In this document: positions 24,483 to 37,124 of the stretch, piece by piece
Numbering within the stretch: position 1 is the stretch's first letter
Layout of the letters: each line of letters opens with the position of its first letter
Origin: Octopus vulgaris
Taxonomy: Eukaryota
NCBI GenBank assembly: GCA_951406725.2
Contig: OX597837.1
Span: forward strand, 22,320,001-22,384,000
Length of the DNA: 64,000 nt
Reading direction: 5' to 3'
Position numbers and translations under genes: made by a program
The notes under the pieces: model-generated
Databases searched by the model: none
Seen by the model: only the letters and a program-made list of their open reading frames with translations
What the model was told of the DNA's origin: nothing

Positions 24483-26215
24483 GAGATCTAACATAACACC
24501 TTCAGTTAGAACAACAATCAAGCTTCAATACGTTGACATTTAAGAAAGAGTTTTAAAAAGTTATTCTTTAATCAACTACTACTTTCTTTCAAATTAACCA
24601 CATCATTAAACCATAGCTGTATATGTGTGAGGTCTATGCATTGACATATGAGTATGTATAGATATAGAAATTTGTATACAGATACTGAGATGTGCTGTAT
24701 AGAAGAAAAATAGGTTTGTGTATAGATGCAGAAGCATGTGGATGCATGTACAGGTGTGTTTTATATATATATATATAAATGTACAAGTATGCACAGGCAT
24801 GTATACAGATGAACAAAATGTATGGTCATGCTTAGAGATGTGCAACCATGCATATACATGTACACACAGGGTGTGGATGTACACGCTTGTACATAGTCAG
24901 AAGTTTTCAAAAAGTGAGCCACAATGAACATATAAGTGCACTACAGATTTTAAAAAAAATTGTAATTTAAGGTTTTAGAAAATCCACCCTGATACCCAAG
25001 CAATGTGTAAAATGCCACCTATAATTTTCTTACACACAAATATTATTAATAAAACAATGTGAGCAATGGTTTTCTATGTTTTACCCCTAGATGATTTTTT
25101 TTTTTTTAATTATCTGAAGCTGTTTTTATTTTTAAACCTTCCCTGTGAAATGTGACAGTAATTTATTGATTTCATCTCCAGTAAATATGGTACTGAAATG
25201 GTTATGGAACACTCGGCTTTCTAGAAAGTATATTTTGTGGACCACCACCACTCCATCATCTAAGTATATGGCATAAGTACAAGCCATTGACAAGGCCCAG
25301 CAAAGCCAAAATGCATTTCGCATTCTTGTTAGCCACTGCCAGGACATTTTTTTAATTACCTCTCGCTGATATAGATCATGCTTTTATTAAATACAGCAGC
25401 ACGTCCACAAGAGATGTTATCTCTGAATGAGTACCACAGTAAATTTGCCGTTCAACTATGTATTTACATTAAGTATGCTACAAAGGTGGCTGTTTTAATT
25501 CAATACAGTTTCTATTACATATAATGGGGGAAAAAATATTAAAATTATTTTAAAACAGATAAATACATGCATTGCACATTACTGCAAAGGAATACACATG
25601 CAACAGAGCAGTACATTAAAAACATGCAATTTTTCTAACTATTCTAACGTTTTCTGACATGTGGCAACACCAGCAGGCCATAAGTGACACACAAGTCTTC
25701 TACAGCACAGTGGCTGAAACATTTAGTGTTGACGTACAGGCATATGTATAGATGGTGTATAAAGATACAAGATGTGTATAGATTTTAAGGCATGTATATG
25801 AATGTACAAAGGGATATATACAGATGTATAGGTTTTATACAAATGTACAGATGTGTGTATGTTATATATTTCATTTTAACATCAGAATAAAATATAACTT
25901 TATACAACTCATTCATCCATAATTATAAAAAAAATTAAATAAAATAAGATTTTTAAGTAAAGCATTTTTACAGATGATACTAAAATGTTTTGATGAGTTC
26001 TTTTAAGAAGAATGAAACCACACACACACACACACACCTTCGGATAATTATCTGCATTCCTTAGTCTTATTTGCAAAGACAAAAAAAAAAGCTACATATT
26101 CAACTACTTTGCTGAAATACTTACATATTAGTTTTATTAAATACTATTAAAAGATTAGAATGATAATATTTTTTCTAACCCACTAGCAAGAAGAAGGTTT
26201 ATATAGGTTGAGATA

Positions 26216-26624
26216 GGCGCAGGAGTGGCTGTGTGGTAAGTAGCTTGCTAACCAACCACATGGCTCCGGGTTCAGTCCCACTGCGTGGCATCTTGGGCAA
26301 GTGTCTTCTGCTATAGCCCCGGGCCGACCAATGCCTTGTGAGTGGATTTGGTAGACGGAAACTGAAAGAAGCCTGTCGTATATATGTATATATATATATA
26401 TATATGTATGTGTATGTGTGTTTGTGTGTCTGTGTTTGTCCCCCTAGCATTGCTTGACAACCGATGCTGGTGTGTTTACGTCCCCGTCACTTAGCGGTTC
26501 GGCAAAAGAGACCGATAGAATAAGTACTGTGCTTACAAAGAATAAGTCCCAGGGTCGATTTGCTCGACTAAAGGCGGTGCTCCAGCATGGCCGCAGTCAA
26601 ACGACTGAAACAAGTAAAAGAATA
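26216..26624 (+). mobile_element. Full-length Octopus-type tRNA-derived SINE with internal microsatellite
   Basis: A-box TGGCTGTGTGG (26226), B-box GGTTCAGTCCC (26269), internal (TA)/(TG) tract, tail ...gactgaaacaagtaaaaga. More than 12 related copies in the window (e.g. 6605-6750, 22110-22420, 27350-27510, 36270-36590, 58950-59080, 62210-62570, 63120-63285). Confidence 0.9.
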
Positions 26625-26627
26625 TAT

Positions 26628-26695
<68 letters not shown>

Positions 26696-27550
26696 AGCAT
26701 TTTTTCAGTGCTATTGTGTGGCACCTTGAGTAAGTGTCTTCTATTATACCCTGAGCCAACCAAAGCCATTCATCATCGACAGCACACACTGTAAAGTGGA
26801 TTTGCATTAGGAAGGGCTTCCAGCTGTAGAAACCAAGTCAAATTAGATTGGAACCTGGTGCAGCTCTCTAGCTTGCAACCTCTTGTCACACCGCCCAACA
26901 TATACTAACAGTGAAAACAGACATTAAAGTATGATGATGATCACACACACACACACACACATTTATGTGTATGTGTCTTTGTGTTTGTGTTGTACTAGCC
27001 CCCACCACTGCTTGACAAGTGGTGTTGGTTTATTTACGGCCTTGTAACTTGGTAGTGTTCCAGCTTGGTTGCAGTATAATGACTTGAACAAGTAAAAGAT
27101 AAACAATATACTTGCACATTGTTTTTACATGTTTTCCCACACTAGCATGAGTTAGATGAATATACATTATTGAGGCATTGCCCTCCCTGTCACTGACCCT
27201 TACATGATTTTTAAGTAAAGGATTTCTTGCTTCGGACTTCTTCAAAAGCATAGAGCCAAGAGACAAGCTACTGACAAAGGAAATAACAACATCACTGCTT
27301 GTAGCTCAGCATTTTTCAGAAAAGCACAAACGTAAACAAACACACAATTCATATGATGGGCTTTGTAGAGTTCCCATCTATTAAATTCACTCACAAGGCA
27401 CTGGTTAGTCCAAGACTATCAGTAAAAGATACTTGCCCAATGTGCCATGCGAAAGAGTTGAACCAGAAACCACAAAGTTGTGATACAAACTTCTTAACCA
27501 CATAACCACACTAATGCATACATGGATTGGGCACGTGTGTGCGAATTAGT

Positions 27551-27581
<31 letters not shown>

Positions 27582-28781
27582 GATACAGAGTTCAGCATAG
27601 GAAGCTGATGGTTTTTGTATGAATACAATGTTGGCAAATGTAGGATATTTACAGAACAATGTGTACCACTAATATACATATAAGTAACACAAAGTAACTA
27701 CCTTTAATCTTAAAAAATAATGCTATCCAAATGTTCCACATTGCACACTTACATGCAGCCTAGCCTACAAGTTCTGCATTGCATACAGCACCATGTCTTA
27801 CGGTAATGCCAAAGTTTTCTGACAAATAGTAGCTTTCAGTTCATCTAATAGGTGCAAGCACTTTCCTTTAGAGGTAGCTCACTCCACCCCCACCTAACAA
27901 GGAAGTAACCATACACTTAAATAACCAAATAGGTAACTGGGCAGACCATGGTATGTCACTGCACTGAGAAACATTCAGTAAACATTCTTTTAATAATGTC
28001 AAGAACCAAGATATGCGGTGCACTGATGTACTTGAGAAGACCCACCCACCACAACAGAATTGATATCCTGAAACCAAGGTGTCACATAAAAAGCTTTGGT
28101 GTGGGTGCTGGTTCCATATCAAAAGCACTGTTGATGGTGCACGTTAAAAAGCACCCTGTATACTATAAAGTGGTTGGTGTCAGGAAGGGCATCCAGCTGT
28201 GGATATCCACCAAGACAAAAACAGACTATGGAACTTGGCATGGCCCCTGGCCTTGCCAGTTCCTGTCAAGCTGTTCAACTCAAGCCAGCATGAAAAACGG
28301 ATGTTAAATGTTAATGATGATGATGAGGAGGATGAAACTCTTACTGTATGGAGAGCTGTTCAATCAAGTTGAAAAAATATGTGTGTATTAATAATGCTAA
28401 GTCAGTTCAATTTAAGGAAGTTGCATAATGTGAACACACAGCAGTTAGAAATCACTCTTATTGCATGTTGGGCCCTCTTCTAAGAAATACAGGTGTCACT
28501 CAGCTGAGTTTTAAACAATGCAAGCTTTACTTATTTATACAAACAGATAGAAGATGGCATGGGTTTCATCATTCCTAAAAAAAAAAAAACCTGTTATATG
28601 TCTCCATGCAAGGATGCTTTCTGCAAATGTTTTTCAGCTTTCCCAGTCGCAGTGGTTCATTGTAAGCACAATCAAAATCTTACACAACATCCTTTAGAAA
28701 CTGTGATCGGAAATATCCAATGCAGAACCACATCTTGATGCTGATTGATGACAGTTGTTCATCACAGTCTACCTAACAGCC

Positions 28782-29217
28782 TTGACCCTTTAGCATTTAA
28801 ACCAATCTGCCCAAATATGCTAGCTGTTTTATGTTCACACTGTCTGCAACGATTTCATCTCAATCGAAGGAGAGGGGCTTTCTCCGTCCGGGTTGCGGAT
28901 CTGTGGAATAAGCTGCTGGACGAGATAGTGAAGATGCCGATGACCGCTCGGTTCAAAGTCTCTCTTGACCAGAAATGGCCTGAACTCTTTGCATGAACAC
29001 CCTCCCTGTACATAACTCCATGGCCCCCTACATGGCCTTGCTTTTTGCTTCTTGAGCCAAAAAATTAACTAAACTTAACACCTATCCTACAATGTCAATC
29101 TCAAGATAAACAACCACATTGTTGAAATCTCATAGGTATGAGATAATGCAGGATTAATTCAAAGTAATGTGAATAAATGCTACATTTAAGAGAGTAACTT
29201 GAACGCTAAAGGCTTAA
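28782..29217 (+). mobile_element. piggyBac-type MITE family A split by a CR1 3' fragment (28841-29072)
   Basis: MITE halves flank an insert encoding RRGAFSVRVADLWNKLLDEIVKMP...KWPELFA. Confidence 0.8.
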
Positions 29218-29799
29218 AATGTTGCCTGGTATTTAGGCAGCAGGCACACCTCTGGATGGTGGTGCTTTTTTTTTTTTTCTTTTAGTATGCTGAACAAGAA
29301 AAACTTAAATTTTTTTATTATTATTCTTTTTCTGTTACCCCTAACAAAATCATATTCTACTAAACACTTTACCAAGAGGGCTCACATTAAAATGCAAATG
29401 ACTATTTCATTTCACCATGCTTCAGTAATGAAGTCACCATTTAAAAGAAAAGAATTGTGATCCACTGTTTCATAGCTACTAAAATACCATATTTTCCAGC
29501 TCACAAGTTGAATTTTTCAGACCAAAATTTTCAGCCAAAAAACGTAGGTTGGGTTATACACCAAGACGGAATTTGGAGGATCAAAACATTCTATGTGAAA
29601 TGCAGCGGGATTTGGAAAGATAGTAGGTAACTGAATGTTTACACTATATACTCTCAACTTGTAATGCTGGAAAATATAATAATGTTGCAAGAGCCACTTA
29701 ATACCACTGAACAAGTGCCCCTATGACACACAGACACACCATCCCTGTAAGTGAGATTACTATCATTTTTAAGAATTGCCAGGTTTCCCTACAGGATAC

Positions 29800-29858
<59 letters not shown>

Positions 29859-30623
29859 CGTGTGCTTGCTTGCTACAACTTTGATACCATGCATCGGCTG
29901 ACAGTCGTTTCATAGATTCTAGGACAAAAACAAGAGCATTTCAATCCTAAAACACAGAATTACACACTGTTAATGACACAAAAAATAATTCTACTTAATG
30001 TTATTAAGAGTCAGTCAATCCATATTTCAGTTATTTCATGCAAGTGTGATAAACTGAGCCACTCGTGAGAGGTTTTCCTAATTGCAAATCATCCACCAAC
30101 AGACCATCCTCATCGGTTTTGATGGAGATGGTCTTTCCTGACAAAACAGCCGAATGAATCATTCCACTATACAGCTACCTGTTACTCACTGCAATTGGTG
30201 ACTGTGCCAAGTGGAGGGAGATACTGCCAATAACAGATGTCAGCAGTATCAAACAGGCCAAAATCTGCCCCTCATAAAATTCTATTCTACCGAACAAAAT
30301 AATTTTCTCCAGAAGTTGCTCTCCCTCTCTTCTTGCATTCTCTTTCACTAATCACACACACACATACATACACACACTATTACACCATTAAATACATCAA
30401 ATGAAATTCTCTTATGTAGAATAGATTGAGGAGATTTTTTTTGTTTCTTTTTTTTTGTTGTTATTTTAATTATTTTTTTTTTTCATATCATAGAACTTAA
30501 GAAAATGAGAAAACCTGACCAAATAGAGTGACATGGTTCAGTAGCAGTAATATTCAAACAGAGCTAAAGTGGATCAAATTGGAAGTCTGTTGGATTGACC
30601 AATTCAGATAGACCACAGCTTAC

Positions 30624-30830
30624 CTCTGGAATATTCTCCTGGTCTGCATTTTGTTCTCTATTTTGTTTCGCAGGCTTTGACACCCATTCTGACCACTGTT
30701 TCCGTGTTGTCGGACCGTACACAATGCTTTCGTCGCCAGTGCTTGTGTTGCTATTGCTATCGAAATCTAGATTCTGTGTGGTCTCATCCTGGTTTTCTTT
30801 GTGACGTCTAGATTTTCTAACCTCATCATT
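30624..30830 (-). CDS. DOT1L: DOT1L internal exon (207 nt, phase 0-0): NDEVRKSRRHKENQDETTQNLDFDSNSNTSTGDESIVYGPTTRKQWSEWVSKPAKQNREQNADQENIPE
   Basis: Acceptor ...cataaacAG and donor GTaagc on the minus strand, with an open frame. GPTTRKxWSEW resembles the motif I recall just after the catalytic domain of invertebrate DOT1L/grappa. Phase fits the next exon. Confidence 0.85.
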
Positions 30831-31413
30831 CTGTTTATGAATAGGAAATGGTAAAAACTATTTTAGAATTTCCCTTCAAAACAGACAAAGGTTTAGTTAT
30901 ATATTTTTATAGTTGATTTTTTTTTTATTATAGGTGTTCATCGTGTAATATATATGAAATTAAATCGTAGAATATATATATATGTATGTATATAATTAAA
31001 TTGAGTAAGAAGAGCAGTCAAGATCAGTATTATTGTTATAATAATTTAATAAATGCTACATTCTTACATAGTGTATACCTTAAATTTGTGCCAACTCAGC
31101 TAAGTCTCTGTAATTTTTGAAATACTGTTTTATTGGGTATTTCAGTTAAAAATCAGATACATACACTCTGCATACACAACTTTTTGTTTTTAATTTTTAC
31201 TTTTTTTTTTAAACCTTACAAATTAAAATGAACTTATTCTGTGGTGTACAACCATCCGACATCCTTCTAAAAATTTACCTAACCAGGAGTATTTGTATCA
31301 TTCAAGGCCACTGGAAAAAAAAAAACAAAAAACAAAACAAGAAACTAATTTGAAAAGATTTCTATTCTGCAACTAGATAAATCTCAACACATCTCCCTTG
31401 CTATTCTCTGGAG

Positions 31414-31614
31414 CAGTGGATTTCAACCAGGGTTCCGCCAGTACAGTTCAGGGGTTCCGCAAGAAGTTACATAACTGCTAAAATCGGCAATAATTTTTAA
31501 TTCTCCTGTGCAGATATGTGTGCATAAGACTATTAAATTATTGTACAGGGGTTCCTCGAACTAGTGGAATGTTTCCTTGGGGTTACGTTCCAGCAAAAAG
31601 GTTGAAAAGCACTG
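31414..31614. mobile_element. hAT MITE with perfect 8-bp TSD
   Basis: TIR CAGTGGATTTCAACC / GGTTGAAAAGCACTG. TSD CTCTGGAG at 31406-31413 and 31615-31622. Confidence 0.9.
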
Positions 31615-31872
31615 CTCTGGAGTAACGCCTTTTCTATTTTGTCTGCTGAGACCGTGAGGTGGTCTGAATTACAGGAAATTGAAAGAGTGTAAGAACATTT
31701 TCACTTACTGCATGAACAATCACCTAAATTAATACTAGACTGGTCAAACTGTCCTACTCTTATGTTAGTTAATATATTTCCAGATGCACCATCATATATA
31801 ATCACTTTCTAAGCATGTAAATACATTTTTATTCTTAGCTTACTGCTATCATAGTTAATTACTAGAACATCC

Positions 31873-32100
31873 TTAACCTTTTAGTGTTTAAACCGGCCAT
31901 ATCTGGCCAGAATATTATCCTTGTTTTATGTTTGAACTTATGAGATTCAGTCTCTCACGCTTATCCTACAATGTCATTGTAAAGATAAATAATCACATCA
32001 TCAAAATTTTGAAGTTATGAGACAAGGCACAATTAATTCAAAACAATGTGAATAAATAAGTATTACATTTGACAAAGTAATCTAAACACTAAAGGGTTAA
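31873..32100 (+). mobile_element. piggyBac-type MITE family A
   Basis: TTAA ends with shared body. Confidence 0.85.
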
Positions 32101-33151
32101 ATATTAGTTTACAATTCTGAGAAGTAGGAAAGTTCAACAGTGTTTCTATCTGGTTTGATTCCACGGTATGTTTGTCGATTTTTTAAATCTTAATTTCAAT
32201 TACATTTCAGCCTTCACATTATTAAATATAACCAAGTTATTGAATAGAGATACAAACACAACCAAAATTATATCACGTGAACTCTTGAATTACATAATAA
32301 TTTCTAACATCGGCACAAAGGGCTATAGTTAAGTACTTGACTCTGGTACTAAATGATGTTTATTTTAATGATCCTGGACAAATAAATGGAAAAGCCTACC
32401 TGAGAAGAAAAAAAAAACTATAAGTATTGCATTTTACAGCATGTAATAGTAAATTATGATCTGCCATTAAAAATCCTCTCAGGGGAATTTTTATCAAAAC
32501 TAAAAACTATATATGTTAGTTTCTAACATAGGTATGATGGTATTCATTTACAAATGGAGTACGGGAAAGGTGCAGAGCTTCGGGACAGTTGTCTCTAAAA
32601 GCCTCAAAACTCAAAGGAAAAGAAAAGATTTTTTTTTTCTCTGTGTCTTTAGTATTCCTGGGTTTCATATAATGGAAAGTATAATACTGAAAAAATCCCC
32701 CACCACCACACTTTTTTAATATTTATGTCAGAAATTTATAAACTTCAAGAGAATGTGAAATAATTCTTGCTTGGAACAGTGGATTGCAAAGCATATAAAA
32801 GCATGTAAATGTAGAGTAAAAAAAAACACCCTTTGAGTAGGAAAAGTTAAAAGCAGCCCAACCAAAGGATTTCTCAACCCAATATTTATAAACTGTTATT
32901 TATATATAGCTTTATGTGCTTCAAGGGCCACTGTTCCAAAAAAATTATTCCTTTTTTTAACATTTCTGCTTCCCTTTCTTTTCTGTAATTTTTTTTCTTT
33001 CCTATAAGGTATGAAACTTCAAGAGACAATCGTTCCAAAATTTTGCAAGGAAAGCTACTAAGTTGTGAGTTTTATGCTTTTCCATATGATATCAGTAGCA
33101 TAAGTGAAATGAAATATGCCAAAGCAGTTAACAAAAAAACACACACATTTA

Positions 33152-33310
33152 TTAACCCTCTCGCACTTAAACTGGTCATATCTGGCCAAAATATTCTACC
33201 TGTTCAAACTGGTCACACTTGGCCTTTCACACCAACAAATTCTAAAATATCATTCAATTACCCCAGCAAAATCGTAAAGTTAGAAGATAATGTGAATGCT
33301 AAAAGGTTAA
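33152..33310 (+). mobile_element. piggyBac-type MITE family A (internally deleted)
   Basis: TTAA ends with partial body. Confidence 0.7.
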
Positions 33311-33487
33311 AGCGGGCAAAATCTTCACAGACTGTTACTCAGAGGTTCATGTTAGCACTTGTTGAACAGTTGTGATTGCCAGAACTGTCCGATGAATGGT
33401 AATACAAGTTGGCTTTTATGAAAGCATATTACTCTACTTTCAGTATTAGAGTACTATCTTTTTCCACATTATTTTGCATTTATGTGC

Positions 33488-33518
<31 letters not shown>

Positions 33519-33814
33519 AACATCTAATTATTAAGGTGGAAAAATCATCAGAAAAGCCATTTCTGTCAGAGAGAAAGAGAGAGAGATTGGTAAAGCAAAA
33601 TCCACATTTGCAGGACACTCAGACTCTGCACTATGTTGAGTTAGAATGAGAAAAAGATTAAATGTGAAATAATTGTTAAAAATAAAGAAAATGAATTTGC
33701 ATTTTGATACATAAATTTGTAGGACTTCATAACAATTATTCATTAAAAGATTTTCGGTTATCTTAGATTTCATTCAGTAGTTAGCTTTGTTAAAAGCATA
33801 ACGCTCAAACACAT

Positions 33815-34040
33815 TTAACCCAGTAGCATTTAAACTGGCCAAATCCAGGTCAAATATTCTACCAGTTTTATGTTCAAACTGGCTAGATCCAGCTTCTCAC
33901 ACCTACCCTATAATGTCATTTTAAACTAGTCTCACAACTGAAATCTTGAAGCTATGAGATAATGCATGATTAATTAATCAAACCAATATGAATAAATAAG
34001 CATTACATTTGACAGAGTAATCTGAATGCTAAAGGGTGAA
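33815..34040 (+). mobile_element. piggyBac-type MITE family A
   Basis: Shared body, ends tgaatgctaaaggg. Confidence 0.8.
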
Positions 34041-34573
34041 TGCCACAACACAACAACAGTCATGATCACACATGTCAATATGGAGTTAGCACTGGTGGAT
34101 TAATAATGAAGAGGAAAAGCTATTAGTTAAAAGATGAATTAAGAACAAGCTTTGTATAAGATAGAAATTTTGTTCCTATAGCTTTAGATTTGTACAGAAA
34201 GGTAAGTGAGGATGTAACACTTATGCTTTTCAGAAAGTTATTTTCAAAGAAATTAATACGGAATCTGATTGACATAAAAAAAACTATTGATTTGTTTTAA
34301 TACTAGACAGAATCAATTTTTACATAGATATTTATACACACAATTTATATATATATATATATGATGGACTCTCCCATGGAAACGATGTGTGAATGTGTGA
34401 ACGTTCAGCCAAACAACCTGCACGAATGTTTTGTTTATAGTTAATAAGAATTTTTGTATTTGAATTGGTCAAGGTTTTAATTGAAAAACCAGATGTTGCT
34501 TTTGACTTTCATCAGTAAAAATTATAATTGCATTTCCAGGTCTTGTTCTTTTGTATTTGTTATAGAATAGTTG

Positions 34574-34587
<14 letters not shown>

Positions 34588-34609
<22 letters not shown>

Positions 34610-34885
34610 TGTGTACAGTGCTCAGGTGCACTACAACTCATCTAAAGTGTATATATAATCAGGTGTAGTTTCGACGGATTTCGGAAAGCATGAGGGCCTT
34701 AAAGGATGCAGTGTCATGGCAGTCAACAACTGATGCAGGCAGTTTATTCCATGCTTCAGCAACTCTGAGTGTGAAAAAATGTTTCCGAAAGTCATGGGAG
34801 CTGTGTTGTTTTCTGACTTTGTAGGCATGTCCACGTGTGTTAGACACATGGAGATCAAAAAGGTGTTCAGTGTTGTTGTTGGTGT
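34588..34885 (-). mobile_element. CR1-type LINE 3' end with (TTA)n tail
   Basis: SNTRGHAYKVRKQ...RKHFFTLRVAEAWNKLP is the classic CR1 ORF2 C-terminus (TRGH...FF..RV...WN.LP). Confidence 0.85.
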
Positions 34886-34969
34886 GGATGTGATCAACTT
34901 TTTTTGATTGAAATTCTAAATGTTTTTGAAAGAGTGATTTCTGAGTTCACTATACACTCACACAGCAAT

Positions 34970-35007
<38 letters not shown>

Positions 35008-36909
35008 TCCTGAATTTCAACCCAAAAAAGTTGACCACATCCATACAACTATTCTAAGACCTGGAAATGCAATTATAATTTTTACTGAGAAAGTCTAAAA
35101 CAACATCTAGTTTTTCAGTTAAGATCTTAACCAATTCAAATACAAAAATTCTTTTTCATTCCCCACCTTAAAAGGCCACGAAGTACTAAACAAACAAGTT
35201 TGACCATGCCAATACAAAAGCCATGACTCTTTATCTCCCCTCAATCTCAAAAACTTTTTTCTTCTCTCTTCTCCCTTGCCTGGCAAACCCCACGAAATTT
35301 TTTATATATAAAAAGGCCAAGAAATCTAACTTGAAACCACTTTTGATAAATCTAATAACGAAAGAAAGTGCTAAATATGTAAATAAGAAAATATATATAA
35401 TCATCTAACATTCTGACTACCTTGTTATTCTAAATATACAATATCTGTACATCACTTCAAAAACTCTCTCTCTTTCTCTCTTTATATATAGTCCTGACAG
35501 CGTATAAAGGTAAGGTATTTCCAAAAAAGCACTCAACCTGAGTTCTGGGCTACCAACACTCTCAGATTCTTTAGATATAGAAAATTCTGGTTTTATGACA
35601 GTAAAACCACTGTGTGGGTGTAGCAAAGAGTAAAGCATAAATCCAAATAAGACAAAGAAATACAAATTGTAACTGACCATTAGAAATGTGTTAAAGTATT
35701 TCTTTGTCTTATTATTTGGACCAAATATACATATATATATATATAACATCATCGTTTAACATCCGTCTTGCATGCATACATGGGTAGAACAATTGATAGG
35801 AGCCAGCCAGGTAGAAGACTACCCCAGGCTACTGTATCTGTTTTAGCAGAGATTTGACAGCTGGATACCCTTTCTAACACCAACCAATCTGTAGGGTGGA
35901 CTCAGTACTTTTTACATGGCACTAGCATAGATGAGGCTAGTTTAGGCATGATTTTTAGTTGGATGCTCTTCCAAATGCAAACAACTTTACAGTGTTGAGA
36001 GACAGACAGACAGAAAGAGAGGCTGATTTAATTTAAAGACAAGCCTATAATGCTGATAAAACATTATTTCAATTATTCACTAAAGATTTAAATGATATAT
36101 GAATAGAAAGAGACCTTTTTTGACACTTTTAAAGGATGTCAGTTTAAACACAGAAGTTTTAAATTAGGCTAACACAATTATTGACAGTATCAGTAATACC
36201 ACCAAAATGATCTGCATTTATGAGCATTACAGACAGAGAAAGATATAATCACATGACGCTAATATTTATCTTTTATCATTTACTTTGTTTCAGCCATTGG
36301 ACTGCAGCCATGCTGGGGCACTGTTCTGAAGAGTTTAGATGAATGAATTGACCCTAGTACTTAATTTTTTTAAAGCCTGGTACTTATTCTATTGATTTCT
36401 TTTTGCTGAACTGCCAGGTTACAGGGACATAAACAAATCAACACTAGTTGTCAAGTGGTGGTGAAGGACAAAAACAAAAAGATACACACACACACAACAG
36501 GTTTCTTTAAGTTTTTGGTTACTAAATTCACTCACAATGCTTTTGGTTGACCTGAGACTTTAGTAGGAAACACTCGCCCGAGGTACCACACATATAAAAC
36601 AGGTGAATCATATATGTGGTGTACGCTGTCATTAGAAAATAGGAAAGCAGTAAAATGCCACACTATTCTAAGTTGGAAATGTGTGAATAAGCAGGAAAAA
36701 ATGTAAAGGAAGTTTTATAAAATGATTTTGTTCCAATTTATATTTTACTAGCAGGATGAATAAAAATTCCACTCTTGTAAATGTTATTATTTGTATTTTT
36801 GTGTGCAGGTTTATACAACTTTATATCATTGATTCATTCAAATATTTTTAATTATGCTTTAGATTTCATTCTGCTGTTAACTTTGTTAAAAGCATAACAC
36901 TCAATCACA

Positions 36910-37124
36910 TTAACTCCATAGCATACCCAACCCAAATTTTCTATTTCTTTTATTTTCAAACCAGCCAGATTTGGCTTCTCACACCCACCCTATAATGTCA
37001 TTCTAAAAATAAACAATCACATCATCAAATCTCAAGCTTCAAGATAATGCATGATTAATTCAAAGCAATGTGAATATATAGAAGCATTACATTTGCCAGA
37101 GTAATCTGAATGCTAAAGGACTAA
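36910..37124 (+). mobile_element. piggyBac-type MITE family A
   Basis: Shared body, ends tgaatgctaaagg. Confidence 0.75.

Noticed and set aside
25360-25422. Possible 63-nt poison exon on the minus strand (cattcAG...GAG|GTaatt) with an immediate stop
   Set aside because: Weak polypyrimidine tract. Such AG/GT pairs arise by chance and there is no supporting evidence without RNA-seq.
26216-26290. tRNA gene
   Set aside because: The A/B boxes belong to a SINE head. No complete cloverleaf, and it continues into the SINE body.
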